Shown: positions 7,703 through 16,407 of the stretch, piece after piece | Numbering within the stretch: position 1 is the first letter of the stretch | Layout: every line of letters begins with the position of its first letter | DNA from: Oculatellaceae cyanobacterium bins.114 | Lineage (GTDB): Bacteria > Cyanobacteriota > Cyanobacteriia > Elainellales > Elainellaceae | Assembly (NCBI GenBank): GCA_033764315.1 | Contig: JANRJA010000220.1 | Coordinates: forward strand, 1 to 21,715 | Direction of reading: 5' to 3' | Length of the DNA: 21,715 nt | Notes under the pieces: generated by a model | What the model was told of the DNA's origin: nothing | The model's database searches: none | What the model saw: only the letters and a program-made list of their open reading frames with translations | Position numbers and translations under genes: made by a program

Positions 7703-9118
7703 ATGTCTCAAGGACTTAAGCAAAACGCCCTTTCCATCCTGGATACCATTACATTAGCCGTTGCTGGAACGGCTCCCTCCTATTCGCTCAACGCAACAAC
7801 GGCAGCCTTAATTGCCTCTGTGGGTCTGGCATCACCTGCCGCGTTGCTATATGGGGCAATCCCAATGTTTGGCATTTCGTTTGCTTTTAAGTATCTCAAT
7901 GAGTGGCGGGCTGATGCCGGGGCAACCTATGCCTGGGTCGGGCGATCGCTCAATCCTTATCTGGGCTTTTTGGCCGCCTGGACGTTTTTGCTGCTGAGTA
8001 CGGCGTTTATGGTGGCAGCAGCCCTACCCGTCGGGGTGATTACCCTGGGAATTATCGCTCCCCAAAGTGGAGATAGTGTCCTCGCTGCCACTCTGGTAGG
8101 AGGGGTATGGTTTATTGGGGTAGCAACACTAACGATTCTAGGAGTCCATGTCGCGGCTGGGTTTCAGCGGGTGATGACGAGCATTGAGGCGATCGCCCTG
8201 CTAGTGTTGGCGGTGGGTGCCTTTGTCAAATTTTCCGCCGCACCCCAAAATCCCTTTTCGCTGGCCTGGTTTTCCCCGACCTCTTTTGGCAGCTTTGACG
8301 TGTTTATGACGGGGATGCTAATCGCAGTATTCTACTACTTTGGCTGGGATGTTTCCTCAAATGTGGCGGAGGAAACTCAGGGCGAAGGCTCCTCTGGAGG
8401 GTTGAGCGGTGTCTTGGGAATGGTCGGCATTGTCATGCTGTTTTTGCTGATTCAGGTGTCGGTGCAAATGGGCATGACGACCGCTATGGTGGAGGAAAAC
8501 AGTGCTAACTTACTCGGTTCGCTGGGAGATATGATTTTGCCTCACCCTTGGGGCGATATTGCGATTTTGGCAGTGTTGCTGAGTACGGTAGGTACGATTG
8601 AGACGCAGTTGACCCAATGCGCCCGACTGTTATTTTCAATGGGGCGCGATCGCGTTATCCATGAACGCTTTGCCGAAATTCATCCTCGCTTTCAAACGCC
8701 TTGGCTGGCCGGATTGGTGATTACGGTTTTGGCACTGTTTCTCATGATCCTCTCTAGCTCTAGTGAGAGTGTTGGCGCGGTCATGGGGAGTCTGATCAGT
8801 GCAATTGGTGTGATGGTTTCTTTTTACTATGGTCTAACCGGGATTGCTTGCGCCTGGTACTACCGCAAAACCCTGTCTCGCAACTGGCAAACTCTCTTGA
8901 TGCGAGGTGTGTGGCCCGCTATCTCAGCGATCTTTTTACTGTATCTGGGGGTTGCCCAAATCCCCTCGTTAGGCTTAGAAGTCGCGCTTTGGACGACAGG
9001 AGCGATCGCGTTAGGGGTGTTGGTTATGGTCTATTTCAAGCTGAAATACGGCAGTCTGTTTTATCAAGAACCAATTGAATGCCATGAAGAACCTGCCAAA
9101 GAGCTTGATTTGGTATAG
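7703..9118 (+). CDS. APC family amino acid/polyamine permease
   Basis: About 12 hydrophobic segments; AGTAPSYS in TM1, AGATYAWV, YFGWDVSSNVAEET, ARLLFSMGRD and HPRFQTPW. Confidence 0.9.
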   Translation: MSQGLKQNALSILDTITLAVAGTAPSYSLNATTAALIASVGLASPAALLYGAIPMFGISFAFKYLNEWRADAGATYAWVGRSLNPYLGFLAAWTFLLLSTAFMVAAALPVGVITLGIIAPQSGDSVLAATLVGGVWFIGVATLTILGVHVAAGFQRVMTSIEAIALLVLAVGAFVKFSAAPQNPFSLAWFSPTSFGSFDVFMTGMLIAVFYYFGWDVSSNVAEETQGEGSSGGLSGVLGMVGIVMLFLLIQVSVQMGMTTAMVEENSANLLGSLGDMILPHPWGDIAILAVLLSTVGTIETQLTQCARLLFSMGRDRVIHERFAEIHPRFQTPWLAGLVITVLALFLMILSSSSESVGAVMGSLISAIGVMVSFYYGLTGIACAWYYRKTLSRNWQTLLMRGVWPAISAIFLLYLGVAQIPSLGLEVALWTTGAIALGVLVMVYFKLKYGSLFYQEPIECHEEPAKELDLV

Positions 9119-9143
9119 TTCCTAACTCGATATTCCTGAAAGC

Positions 9144-9205
9144 AGGGACATCTAAAATGGGCTTCGACTCAACATGTTCCGTCGTTCCCAATTCAGCATG
9201 TCCCT
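9144..9205. terminator. Imperfect inverted repeat between convergent genes (possible bidirectional terminator or MITE remnant)
   Basis: AGGGACATCTAAAATGGG (9144-9161) pairs with CCCAATTCAGCATGTCCCT (9187-9205). Confidence 0.4.
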
Positions 9206-9220
9206 CTTTGAGCAATGCCC

Positions 9221-9955
9221 CTAAATGTGGATTCCACACTCGGTTTTACCCATACCGCGCCAGCGACCTGCCCGCTCATCTTCCCCTTCAGCAATGGGGG
9301 TGGTGAGGGGTTCATCTCCAATGCTGGCATAACCCTGATCATGCAGTGGGTTATAGATCATGCCGTGTTCTGCCACGTATGCCCAGGAGTCTTTACGAGT
9401 CCAGGCGGCTAGAGGGTTTACTTTCAAACGTTGATTGCCATCTAACTCAAACACAGGCATGTCTGCACGGGTGACGGCCTGATCGCGGCGGCGACCTGTA
9501 ATCCAGGCGATCGCCCCCAATTCTTGCAAGCCTCGTTGCAAAGGCTCAATCTTAGTCAAGTGATGGAATTGGGCAACATCGGTATCCCACAAGGCATCTC
9601 CATACTTGGCTTGAAATGCCTCTCGGCTATCAACCTCTGGAATTTTGTAGGTTTGCAAATTGAGGTTGTAGATGTCCTTCGCTTTTGCCACTAATTCCAG
9701 GGTTTGAGGAAAGTGATAAAGCGTGTCTAAAAACATCACAGGCACGGGTTGAGCGGGTCGAAGCTGACGATATAAAATGTCGGTAATCACCAGGTCATCG
9801 ACGTTAAAGGCACTCGTTTGCACCAATCCGGTCGGCAGGTTTTCAACACACCATGCCAGCACTTCACTTGGATGAGCCGTATTGTATTGTTGGTTCAGGG
9901 CTTCTAAATCGAGAGCCTGAGGCTGAATCAGCGGGGTAACAGGAGAGGTCGTCAT
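9221..9955 (-). CDS. cysH: Phosphoadenosine phosphosulfate (PAPS) reductase
   Basis: FLDTLYHF, KIEPL, WITGRRRDQ, YNPLHDQGYASIGD, ERAGRW and C-terminal ECGIH. No CC/CxxC Fe-S ligands are present, so it is the PAPS-reductase type. Confidence 0.93.
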   Translation of the reverse strand: MTTSPVTPLIQPQALDLEALNQQYNTAHPSEVLAWCVENLPTGLVQTSAFNVDDLVITDILYRQLRPAQPVPVMFLDTLYHFPQTLELVAKAKDIYNLNLQTYKIPEVDSREAFQAKYGDALWDTDVAQFHHLTKIEPLQRGLQELGAIAWITGRRRDQAVTRADMPVFELDGNQRLKVNPLAAWTRKDSWAYVAEHGMIYNPLHDQGYASIGDEPLTTPIAEGEDERAGRWRGMGKTECGIHI

Positions 9956-10039
9956 ACCCTTTACATTTATTTAGTATCTTGAAACACCTCCTATTTTACT
10001 GTGGAAAGGCACATAATCCGGTAGGAATAGAGCCTTGTC

Positions 10040-10372
10040 ATGACTAAGTTAATTTTGTATAGCAAGCCTGGTTGCCATCTGTGTGAAGGCTTACAGGAGA
10101 AATTAGAACAGATTCAGACGCTCGACTTTGAGTTAGAGATTCGAGACATTACCACTCGTCAGGAGTGGTTTCAAGCATACCAATACGAGATTCCGGTGCT
10201 GGTTTTGGAAGAAAGAAGAGCGAAAAAAGAAGAAGGAATACATCCTGAAGCCGCAACTGTAAGCCCTCAAAATTCGATCTTCACTCCCTTACCTCGCCTC
10301 TCACCGAGAGCATCAGTGCCACAAGTGGAGCAGATGTTACAGAAATTTGGACTAAAAAATAAGTCAGAATAG
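10040..10372 (+). CDS. Glutaredoxin-like protein (DUF836)
   Basis: LYSKPGCHLC (CxxC), YQYEIPVL and LPR.SPR; contains a low-complexity internal segment. Confidence 0.88.
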   Translation: MTKLILYSKPGCHLCEGLQEKLEQIQTLDFELEIRDITTRQEWFQAYQYEIPVLVLEERRAKKEEGIHPEAATVSPQNSIFTPLPRLSPRASVPQVEQMLQKFGLKNKSE

Positions 10373-10400
10373 GCGCAAGGTTATGTGAGGAGGTCTTGAC

Positions 10401-11909
10401 ATGAAATTGCGTGAGTTGTTGGCGACATTGCCCGATCCAGTGGCACTACCGCAGCACCCAGCCCTGGATGAAGACGTTCAAGGTCTAGCCACCAATTCCC
10501 ATGCGTGTAAACCAGGGGATGTGTTTATTGGCATGCCAGGAACGCGGGTGGATGGGGGTGAGTTTTGGTCAAGTGCTATTGCGGCTGGGGCGATCGCCGC
10601 TTTAGTCTCTCCCACAGCGGCTCAAAAATCGGCTCCTACGTCAGAGTTGCCACAAGCCTGTGTGATTGCCCTACCTGATATGGTCTCAGCCTGTGCTCAG
10701 TTAGCGGCGGCGTTTTATCACTATCCCGCTGAGCGTTTGCAACTTGTCGGTGTCACAGGAACCAACGGCAAAACGACCACTTCTCACCTAATTGAATTCT
10801 TTTTGTTGCAGGCACAGCACCCCACCGCCTTGTTAGGAACGCTCTATGCCCGTTGGATGAACTACCAAAAGACTGCTGTGCATACTACCCCTTTTGCGCT
10901 GGAGCTACAGCAGCAACTAGCCGAGGCTGTAGCCGCTGGGTGCAAGCTGGCGGTGATGGAGGTTAGCTCTCATGCCCTGGCTCAAGGGCGGGTGTTGAAC
11001 TGTCCTTTTGAGGTGGCAGTCTTTACTAACCTGACGCAGGATCATCTGGACTATCACAAAGATTTAGACGACTATTTTGCGGCAAAAGCATTATTATTCA
11101 GTCCGTCATACTTAAAGGGGCGGGCGATCGTGAATGGGGATGATCCCTATGGGCAACGCTTGATCGGCCAGCTAGAGCGCAATTGCGTTTGGTCTTATAG
11201 CGTCAACGACTCTACAGCAGACCTGTGGATGAGTGATTTGGTGTATCGAGCCAATGGCGTCTCTGGCGTGTTGCATACCCCTCAGGGAACGGTGCCGTTT
11301 GAATCACCCTTGGTGGGGCAATTTAACCTGTCAAATCTGTTAGCCTCGGTTGGAGCAGCCTTGCACCTGGGATTAGAGGTAGGGGCGATCGCCCAGGCAT
11401 TACCCCAGTTTGCCGGGGTTCCGGGTCGGGTTGAGCGGGTGCAGATCCATCCTACTCAAGACATCAGCGTCATTGTCGATTATGCCCACACGCCCGATAG
11501 TTTAGAGAATTTGCTAAAAGCGGCACGACCCTTTATCCAAGAGCGAATGATTTGTGTCTTTGGGTGTGGCGGCGATCGCGATCGCACAAAGCGACCTAAA
11601 ATGGGAGCGATCGCGGCTCAGTTATCCGATTGGGTCATCGTTACCTCTGACAATCCTCGAACTGAAGATCCACAGCGAATTTTGCAAGATGTCGTAGAAG
11701 GCATTCCAGAGTCGGTGAATCCGCTGGTCATTGGCGATCGGGCAGAGGCGATTCGGACGGCAATTTTGCAGGCACAACCGGGAGATGGGGTGTTAATTGC
11801 CGGGAAAGGTCATGAGGATTATCAAATTTTAGGAACTGAAAAGGTTCACTTTGATGATCGCGAACAGGCTCAACTTGCGCTCACTGAGCGGTTGTCTATA
11901 CTAGCGTGA
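10401..11909 (+). CDS. murE: UDP-N-acetylmuramoyl-L-alanyl-D-glutamate--2,6-diaminopimelate ligase
   Basis: GVTGTNGKTT, MEVSSH, FTNLTQDHLDYH, DYAHTPD, DNPR (meso-DAP specificity) and AGKGHEDYQ; GAGGAGG RBS. Confidence 0.97.
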   Translation: MKLRELLATLPDPVALPQHPALDEDVQGLATNSHACKPGDVFIGMPGTRVDGGEFWSSAIAAGAIAALVSPTAAQKSAPTSELPQACVIALPDMVSACAQLAAAFYHYPAERLQLVGVTGTNGKTTTSHLIEFFLLQAQHPTALLGTLYARWMNYQKTAVHTTPFALELQQQLAEAVAAGCKLAVMEVSSHALAQGRVLNCPFEVAVFTNLTQDHLDYHKDLDDYFAAKALLFSPSYLKGRAIVNGDDPYGQRLIGQLERNCVWSYSVNDSTADLWMSDLVYRANGVSGVLHTPQGTVPFESPLVGQFNLSNLLASVGAALHLGLEVGAIAQALPQFAGVPGRVERVQIHPTQDISVIVDYAHTPDSLENLLKAARPFIQERMICVFGCGGDRDRTKRPKMGAIAAQLSDWVIVTSDNPRTEDPQRILQDVVEGIPESVNPLVIGDRAEAIRTAILQAQPGDGVLIAGKGHEDYQILGTEKVHFDDREQAQLALTERLSILA

Positions 11910-11963
11910 GGTAGTGCAAACTTTGAAGAACTTTACAGATAAGTGGAAACTTCTTCAAGTTCT

Positions 11964-11993
11964 AGATACAGTCTGAAAAGATACAGTCTGAAA
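11964..11993. repeat. Perfect 15-nt tandem duplication AGATACAGTCTGAAA x2
   Basis: Directly visible between murE and the kinase gene. Confidence 0.85.
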
Positions 11994-12052
11994 GCAAGAC
12001 GGTTTTTCTGGCTATACCGTGGCTTCTAAAATTTGTGCCTCTCTGGAAACCT

Positions 12053-13660
12053 ATGATTTCATCTAGCTTGCATGATGTGTCTTTGTATGAATTGGCACTT
12101 AGCGTTGATCAACCCCCTCACCCTCTTCAGTTGAGTCCCACAACGTTTAAGTCAATCGTGACAACTTTTTTAGATGTCTTGATTGAACGGCAAATCCCAG
12201 CCACGTTGCTGCTCAAGTTGCCGCGTGGTGTCATCTGGCAATCTGAGGTAGACCGTTACTGCAAGTTAGCGGGTTCTAGTTACTCCATTTATAGCCTTCA
12301 TACCCACCGTGAAGAAGATAACAAGCTTGACGGTGGCGTTGCTAAGCCAACGACAGAGTCTCAAGCTTATTATCCATTAGAGTCAGATCCTTCAGCGATC
12401 GCAAACTCTGAGTTAATTGACGATTCAGATGTAGTGTCTGGGACAGGTGTTTACCCGACTCAAAATTTGATCTTGCCTTTGGCACCTGATAGCCAATTGC
12501 GACGGGAATATTTTTTGTTGATTATTTGCTCTGAGTTTTCAGGGTTGGTGCTAACCCATCGTCCTCGCTCGGTTCGCATCAATCGCTATGACCCAGCAGC
12601 AGAGGGCAGTGGGCAAATAACTATGGCAAAAGCAGGTCAACTGAGTGATGAGGAATTAGACCGCAAGCACCCATTATTAGGGCTGTGCTCTTTTGACAAG
12701 GTTACGATTCAACGCATTCTAGGGGGAATCCAACAGGCTATTCGAGTGGGTCAAGTTGAGCAACAGCCTAATCCAGAAACAGATGAACTGTTGCAAAATT
12801 GGGATGCATTGGCCAACTCAGCCGCAATCGATACTCCTAATGCTCTCGCATTGGGGCAGTTGTTAACTCGCCAGATTCAACATCAAGAGGAAATCTGGCA
12901 TAGCAGTGCAGCCTCGCGGCGGCAAGCAGAAACAGCGACAGCATTGCAAATGGAGAACGAGGAACTGCTGAATGCCATTCGGCTAAAAGATGAGTTTCTC
13001 AAGAATGTGGGGCAAGAACTGCGGACTCCCTTAACCACAATGAAAACCGCTGTAACCTTGCTAAATTCTCCCAATCTTAAACCGGCTCAACGACAGAAAT
13101 ATATGGAGTTGTTGACCCAGGAGTGCGATCGCCAGAGTGCTTTAATCACCAGTGTTTTAGATTTGGTGCAACTTGAAAACACAATGGATCGCAACTCCAC
13201 ACAACCCCTTCGATTAAATGAGATTGTGCCCGGTGTGGTTAGCACCTATCAACCCCTTGCCCAAGAAAAAGGAGTGATGCTGGCATACACCGTTCCTGAA
13301 GATTTGCCTACGGTTTCTTGCTCAAGTGCTTGGTTGCGTCAAATTGTCATTAACCTCTTGCACAACGGCATCAAATTCACCCCCAAAGGAGGACGAGTAT
13401 GGGTGCGGGCAAAGCAACAGGGTGACTATGTCCAGATTGAGTTTCAAGACACTGGCATTGGCATTGCCTCAACTGATATTCCCAAAATTTTCGATCGCTT
13501 CTATAAAGTCCGTTCCAGTCCTTCAGATGAGATCAGTGGTGCCGGATTGGGGCTGTCGATCGTGCAACAACTTCTCCTGCGGTGTGGTGGCTCTATTTCA
13601 GTTAAGAGTAAACCGACAGAAGGATCGATTTTTACGGTGTTGTTGCCGCTCTACCATTAA
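12053..13660 (+). CDS. Soluble sensor histidine kinase-like protein (DICT-like N-terminus, HisKA with His->Gln, HATPase); Hik34-like
   Basis: LRREYFL sensor motif; FLKNVGQELRTPL H-box; NLLHNGIKFT, DTGIGI, IFDRFY and GAGLGL boxes; no TM segment. Start is ATG 12053 or GTG 12035. Confidence 0.85.
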   Translation: MISSSLHDVSLYELALSVDQPPHPLQLSPTTFKSIVTTFLDVLIERQIPATLLLKLPRGVIWQSEVDRYCKLAGSSYSIYSLHTHREEDNKLDGGVAKPTTESQAYYPLESDPSAIANSELIDDSDVVSGTGVYPTQNLILPLAPDSQLRREYFLLIICSEFSGLVLTHRPRSVRINRYDPAAEGSGQITMAKAGQLSDEELDRKHPLLGLCSFDKVTIQRILGGIQQAIRVGQVEQQPNPETDELLQNWDALANSAAIDTPNALALGQLLTRQIQHQEEIWHSSAASRRQAETATALQMENEELLNAIRLKDEFLKNVGQELRTPLTTMKTAVTLLNSPNLKPAQRQKYMELLTQECDRQSALITSVLDLVQLENTMDRNSTQPLRLNEIVPGVVSTYQPLAQEKGVMLAYTVPEDLPTVSCSSAWLRQIVINLLHNGIKFTPKGGRVWVRAKQQGDYVQIEFQDTGIGIASTDIPKIFDRFYKVRSSPSDEISGAGLGLSIVQQLLLRCGGSISVKSKPTEGSIFTVLLPLYH

Positions 13661-13813
13661 GCACTCTAAAAAAGTTGGATCGAGTGTAACAGGCTCATGA
13701 CTACTAAACATTGATTTCTGGCGTTGCTGATGACTATATGAATCTCGTCAGGACATTTTGTGAAACACCCCTGCTGTCATGATCAGCGTCCATCAATCGT
13801 ACCCGCCTGATTT

Positions 13814-14545
13814 TTATTCTGACTCAGCCATTAAGCTGACGGTTTGCCCAACCCTAATTTCGCCTGCTCCAACGACAGTGCCATACGCCCCTGCATTGTT
13901 TTGATTGAGCCGCACTACGGCTTGCATCACTGCTGGATCAGGTGTGGCGGTATCTGGGTCTAAATTAATCATGGAACACCGGGGATCGGGCATCGTTACC
14001 TGAATAGCCGCATTTGTATCAGATCCAAATGTCAACTTTCTACCAACCCATGCATCTTCTGCAAAAGGTTTGCTCTCAAAGGTTTCAATGACAATATTGG
14101 GTCGAAATCGACGGATATCTATAGAACGCCCAATGGTGTGTTCAATGCTTTGCAAGGTTGTCAGGTTGATGATTGAAATGCTCGCTTCATCAAAAATGCC
14201 GTGATTCATTTGCATGAGTTCGACAGCACTGCCAAATCGACGCGAGATATCGTCTCGCAATGCCTCGCTAAACAGTTCAAACCTATCTCCGGTTGGGGTC
14301 TGAACGTGGGTCGGGGCGATCGCTCCATCATCTATATTCCGAAAAGGACGATAGAGGATTAACTCAGGCAGTCGTCCGGCAGTTAACCAGGGAAACCCAC
14401 TCTTATCACTTAAGCGACGAAAGGCAAAGCGGCGATCGCCCTCAATGCCATGCCAACCTAACTGGGCAACATCAACAGATTCACCCGCCATTGATTTAAC
14501 GGGGTAACGGAAGATGGCACTAATCCGTCCAACGTGAATGACCAT
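13814..14545 (-). CDS. MOSC domain-containing protein
   Basis: RYPVKSMAGE, GIEGDRRFA, RRFRPNIV, ED.W and conserved Cys in PRCSMINLDP. Confidence 0.9.
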   Translation of the reverse strand: MVIHVGRISAIFRYPVKSMAGESVDVAQLGWHGIEGDRRFAFRRLSDKSGFPWLTAGRLPELILYRPFRNIDDGAIAPTHVQTPTGDRFELFSEALRDDISRRFGSAVELMQMNHGIFDEASISIINLTTLQSIEHTIGRSIDIRRFRPNIVIETFESKPFAEDAWVGRKLTFGSDTNAAIQVTMPDPRCSMINLDPDTATPDPAVMQAVVRLNQNNAGAYGTVVGAGEIRVGQTVSLMAESE

Positions 14546-14558
14546 AATTAGCGACTGG

Positions 14559-14610
14559 GCTTTAGACTATACGCTTTAGACTATACGCCTTAGACGAGTA
14601 TGCCTTAAAC
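14559..14610. repeat. 14-nt tandem repeat GCTTTAGACTATAC (2 perfect copies plus degenerate ones)
   Basis: Directly visible between the ComFB-domain gene and the MOSC gene. Confidence 0.8.
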
Positions 14611-14637
14611 CCGCTCTTAGAAATCCCTAACACTCAA

Positions 14638-15354
14638 TTAGATGTTGTAAAACGGATCATCCCAGCCATATTCAGGAGGGGGAGTATCTGCTTCAATAGC
14701 GTTATAACGACCCAATCCGTTTCGTTTTGCGGCGACTTCCTGGGTTGGTTTGGGTGCAGGACGATAGTTCTGTGGCGGGGGCGGCGGGGGCGGGGGAGAT
14801 TGCAGGCGAGTGACAGGAGAGTCAATGGTTGTTTGCTCGGAACTATCATAGTTAGGATGGCGCAGAGCCGGAGGAACTCGTCGATTGGGATAGCTATGAG
14901 TCGTTGCTTCATATCGAGCATCCCAGGTCATACCCTTTTGAGGAGATACAGGCTCAGAGGTGGTTAAGGCCCGTTCTACTTCCTTAGGCAAGGTTTCCCA
15001 ATCAATTTTGTCATTCTTTAATAACAACCGTAGTTCATGCAAGACTTCTCGAAGCGGGGCACTTTGTTGAGGTGCTTGGAGCGGCGCATAAGTGCGAATG
15101 GGGTCTCGACGAATGGCAGCAAGGGCACGCCGCACTGCCTGGCCGATGTGCTCATTAAACTTAGAGCGTCCTCGTTGCAGTTGATATTCAAACCCTTTCT
15201 CACTGGTGGCATATAGAGAGGGCAACTGGTTTAAAGCATAGGCAATCAACTCTAGCCGATTAATATAAGCCGTTGATCGAGCAGGTAGTGCTCTTATCTG
15301 ACGATCAACTTCTTCTTCAACCAAAACTTCCATCGCATTTTTGTATGCCCCCAT
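14638..15354 (-). CDS. ComFB-domain protein with proline-rich C-terminal tail
   Basis: YKNAMEVLVEEEV...IAYALNQLPSLYATSEKG...RRALAAIRRDP.R. ATG 15354 is preferred over TTG 15450. Confidence 0.85.
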   Translation of the reverse strand: MGAYKNAMEVLVEEEVDRQIRALPARSTAYINRLELIAYALNQLPSLYATSEKGFEYQLQRGRSKFNEHIGQAVRRALAAIRRDPIRTYAPLQAPQQSAPLREVLHELRLLLKNDKIDWETLPKEVERALTTSEPVSPQKGMTWDARYEATTHSYPNRRVPPALRHPNYDSSEQTTIDSPVTRLQSPPPPPPPPQNYRPAPKPTQEVAAKRNGLGRYNAIEADTPPPEYGWDDPFYNI

Positions 15355-15762
15355 AATTGCAGTTCCTTGAGATGAATCCCCTAGCAGTGTTAAGCCAACC
15401 CAGAAGCCACTATCGCGGAATAAGCAATCACTATATTCAGCTCCATCCAATCCCTAGATCAGTCAATTATTCAGGGACGGGATAAGGTTTATAGCAATTG
15501 GGTTCGCTAATATACAAATCCAATTCTTCTCATGCCAATATCGGATGAGTTCAAGATGATTAATAGATTCTAAAAGAAAAACATTTAATTTTCAGTAGAT
15601 AGCAACTCTAACACCGAATAACAAATATAGAGAAGAGTTTGATCCACAATTACGCATATATGCTGACTCAAGTGCAGAGGTGTAAGCCATGACGCCGATG
15701 CTTAAACAAAATTAACAGAAGAAACTTATGAAATAGGATTACTCACTATTCAGTTAACTTTC

Positions 15763-16044
15763 ATGCTCTCCGCAACCTTGCCAACTATCATCCATGAAAC
15801 CTCTGTCAACCCCTTCACATTTTATTTTGACGGTAGTTTTCACCAGGGAATGAATCATCAGGGAAGATTGTACAAGCTGTTCACAACCTTTCTTCCGGCT
15901 CAACGAGCGACAGCATTTGTTTGTGCTTGCAAGCTAGCGGCTCAAGAAACTCAAACAATCGTTACTGCATCTGCCCACCATTATCGAGTTTGGACGGATT
16001 TGTCTGCGTCTCACTCACTCAAATCTGAAGCCTGTTGGAGATAG
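15763..16044 (+). CDS. Small hypothetical protein of a cyanobacterial family
   Basis: LP.II.E..V.PF.FYF.G....GM...G.LY.L...R..AF..AC.L...T.S...Y.VW..L pattern; ATG start after an AT-rich intergenic region. Confidence 0.7.
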   Translation: MLSATLPTIIHETSVNPFTFYFDGSFHQGMNHQGRLYKLFTTFLPAQRATAFVCACKLAAQETQTIVTASAHHYRVWTDLSASHSLKSEACWR

Positions 16045-16087
16045 AAACACCTTTGTAAGCTCAAGGCTTTGCCCCCGACCCCTTTAC

Positions 16088-16216
16088 TAAGTAGGAAGAC
16101 GTCATTACTTGTAAGACGCATCTCGACTACCTCAATGCTCAACTCCTGGCGAGAAGAGGGTTGAGCGCAGTCGAAACCCGGCAACTAAATTTAATTTAAT
16201 TTAGCTCACCTACTTA
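16088..16216. mobile_element. MITE-like element with TAAGTAGG...CCTACTTA ends and an internal REP-like unit
   Basis: 8-bp perfect terminal inverted repeat. GGGTTGAGCGCAGTCGAAACCC lies at 16158-16179 with a degenerate inverted partner at about 16121-16144. No target duplication was found. Confidence 0.6.
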
Positions 16217-16407
16217 CCAACTATCTCGACAGTTACGATATTAAAAATAGTAATTAAGCTTCTTGATATCAAGATACAAGGACGACGTACTGCAAATTGC
16301 TCGCTTGTTAGAAAAATACCGAGAAACTGTGCTAACAGCGTAAGACTCAAACGTTGATTGAATGCCTCCGAACAGTTCTTGTTTCATTCAATTGCTCAAT
16401 TTCTAGA

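Noticed and set aside
11571-11586. Overlapping double HIP1 in murE
   Set aside because: It encodes the conserved GGDRDR motif of MurE; this is codon choice, not an insertion.
14773-14796. G-rich run as a G-quadruplex
   Set aside because: It is fully explained by proline codons on the opposite strand.
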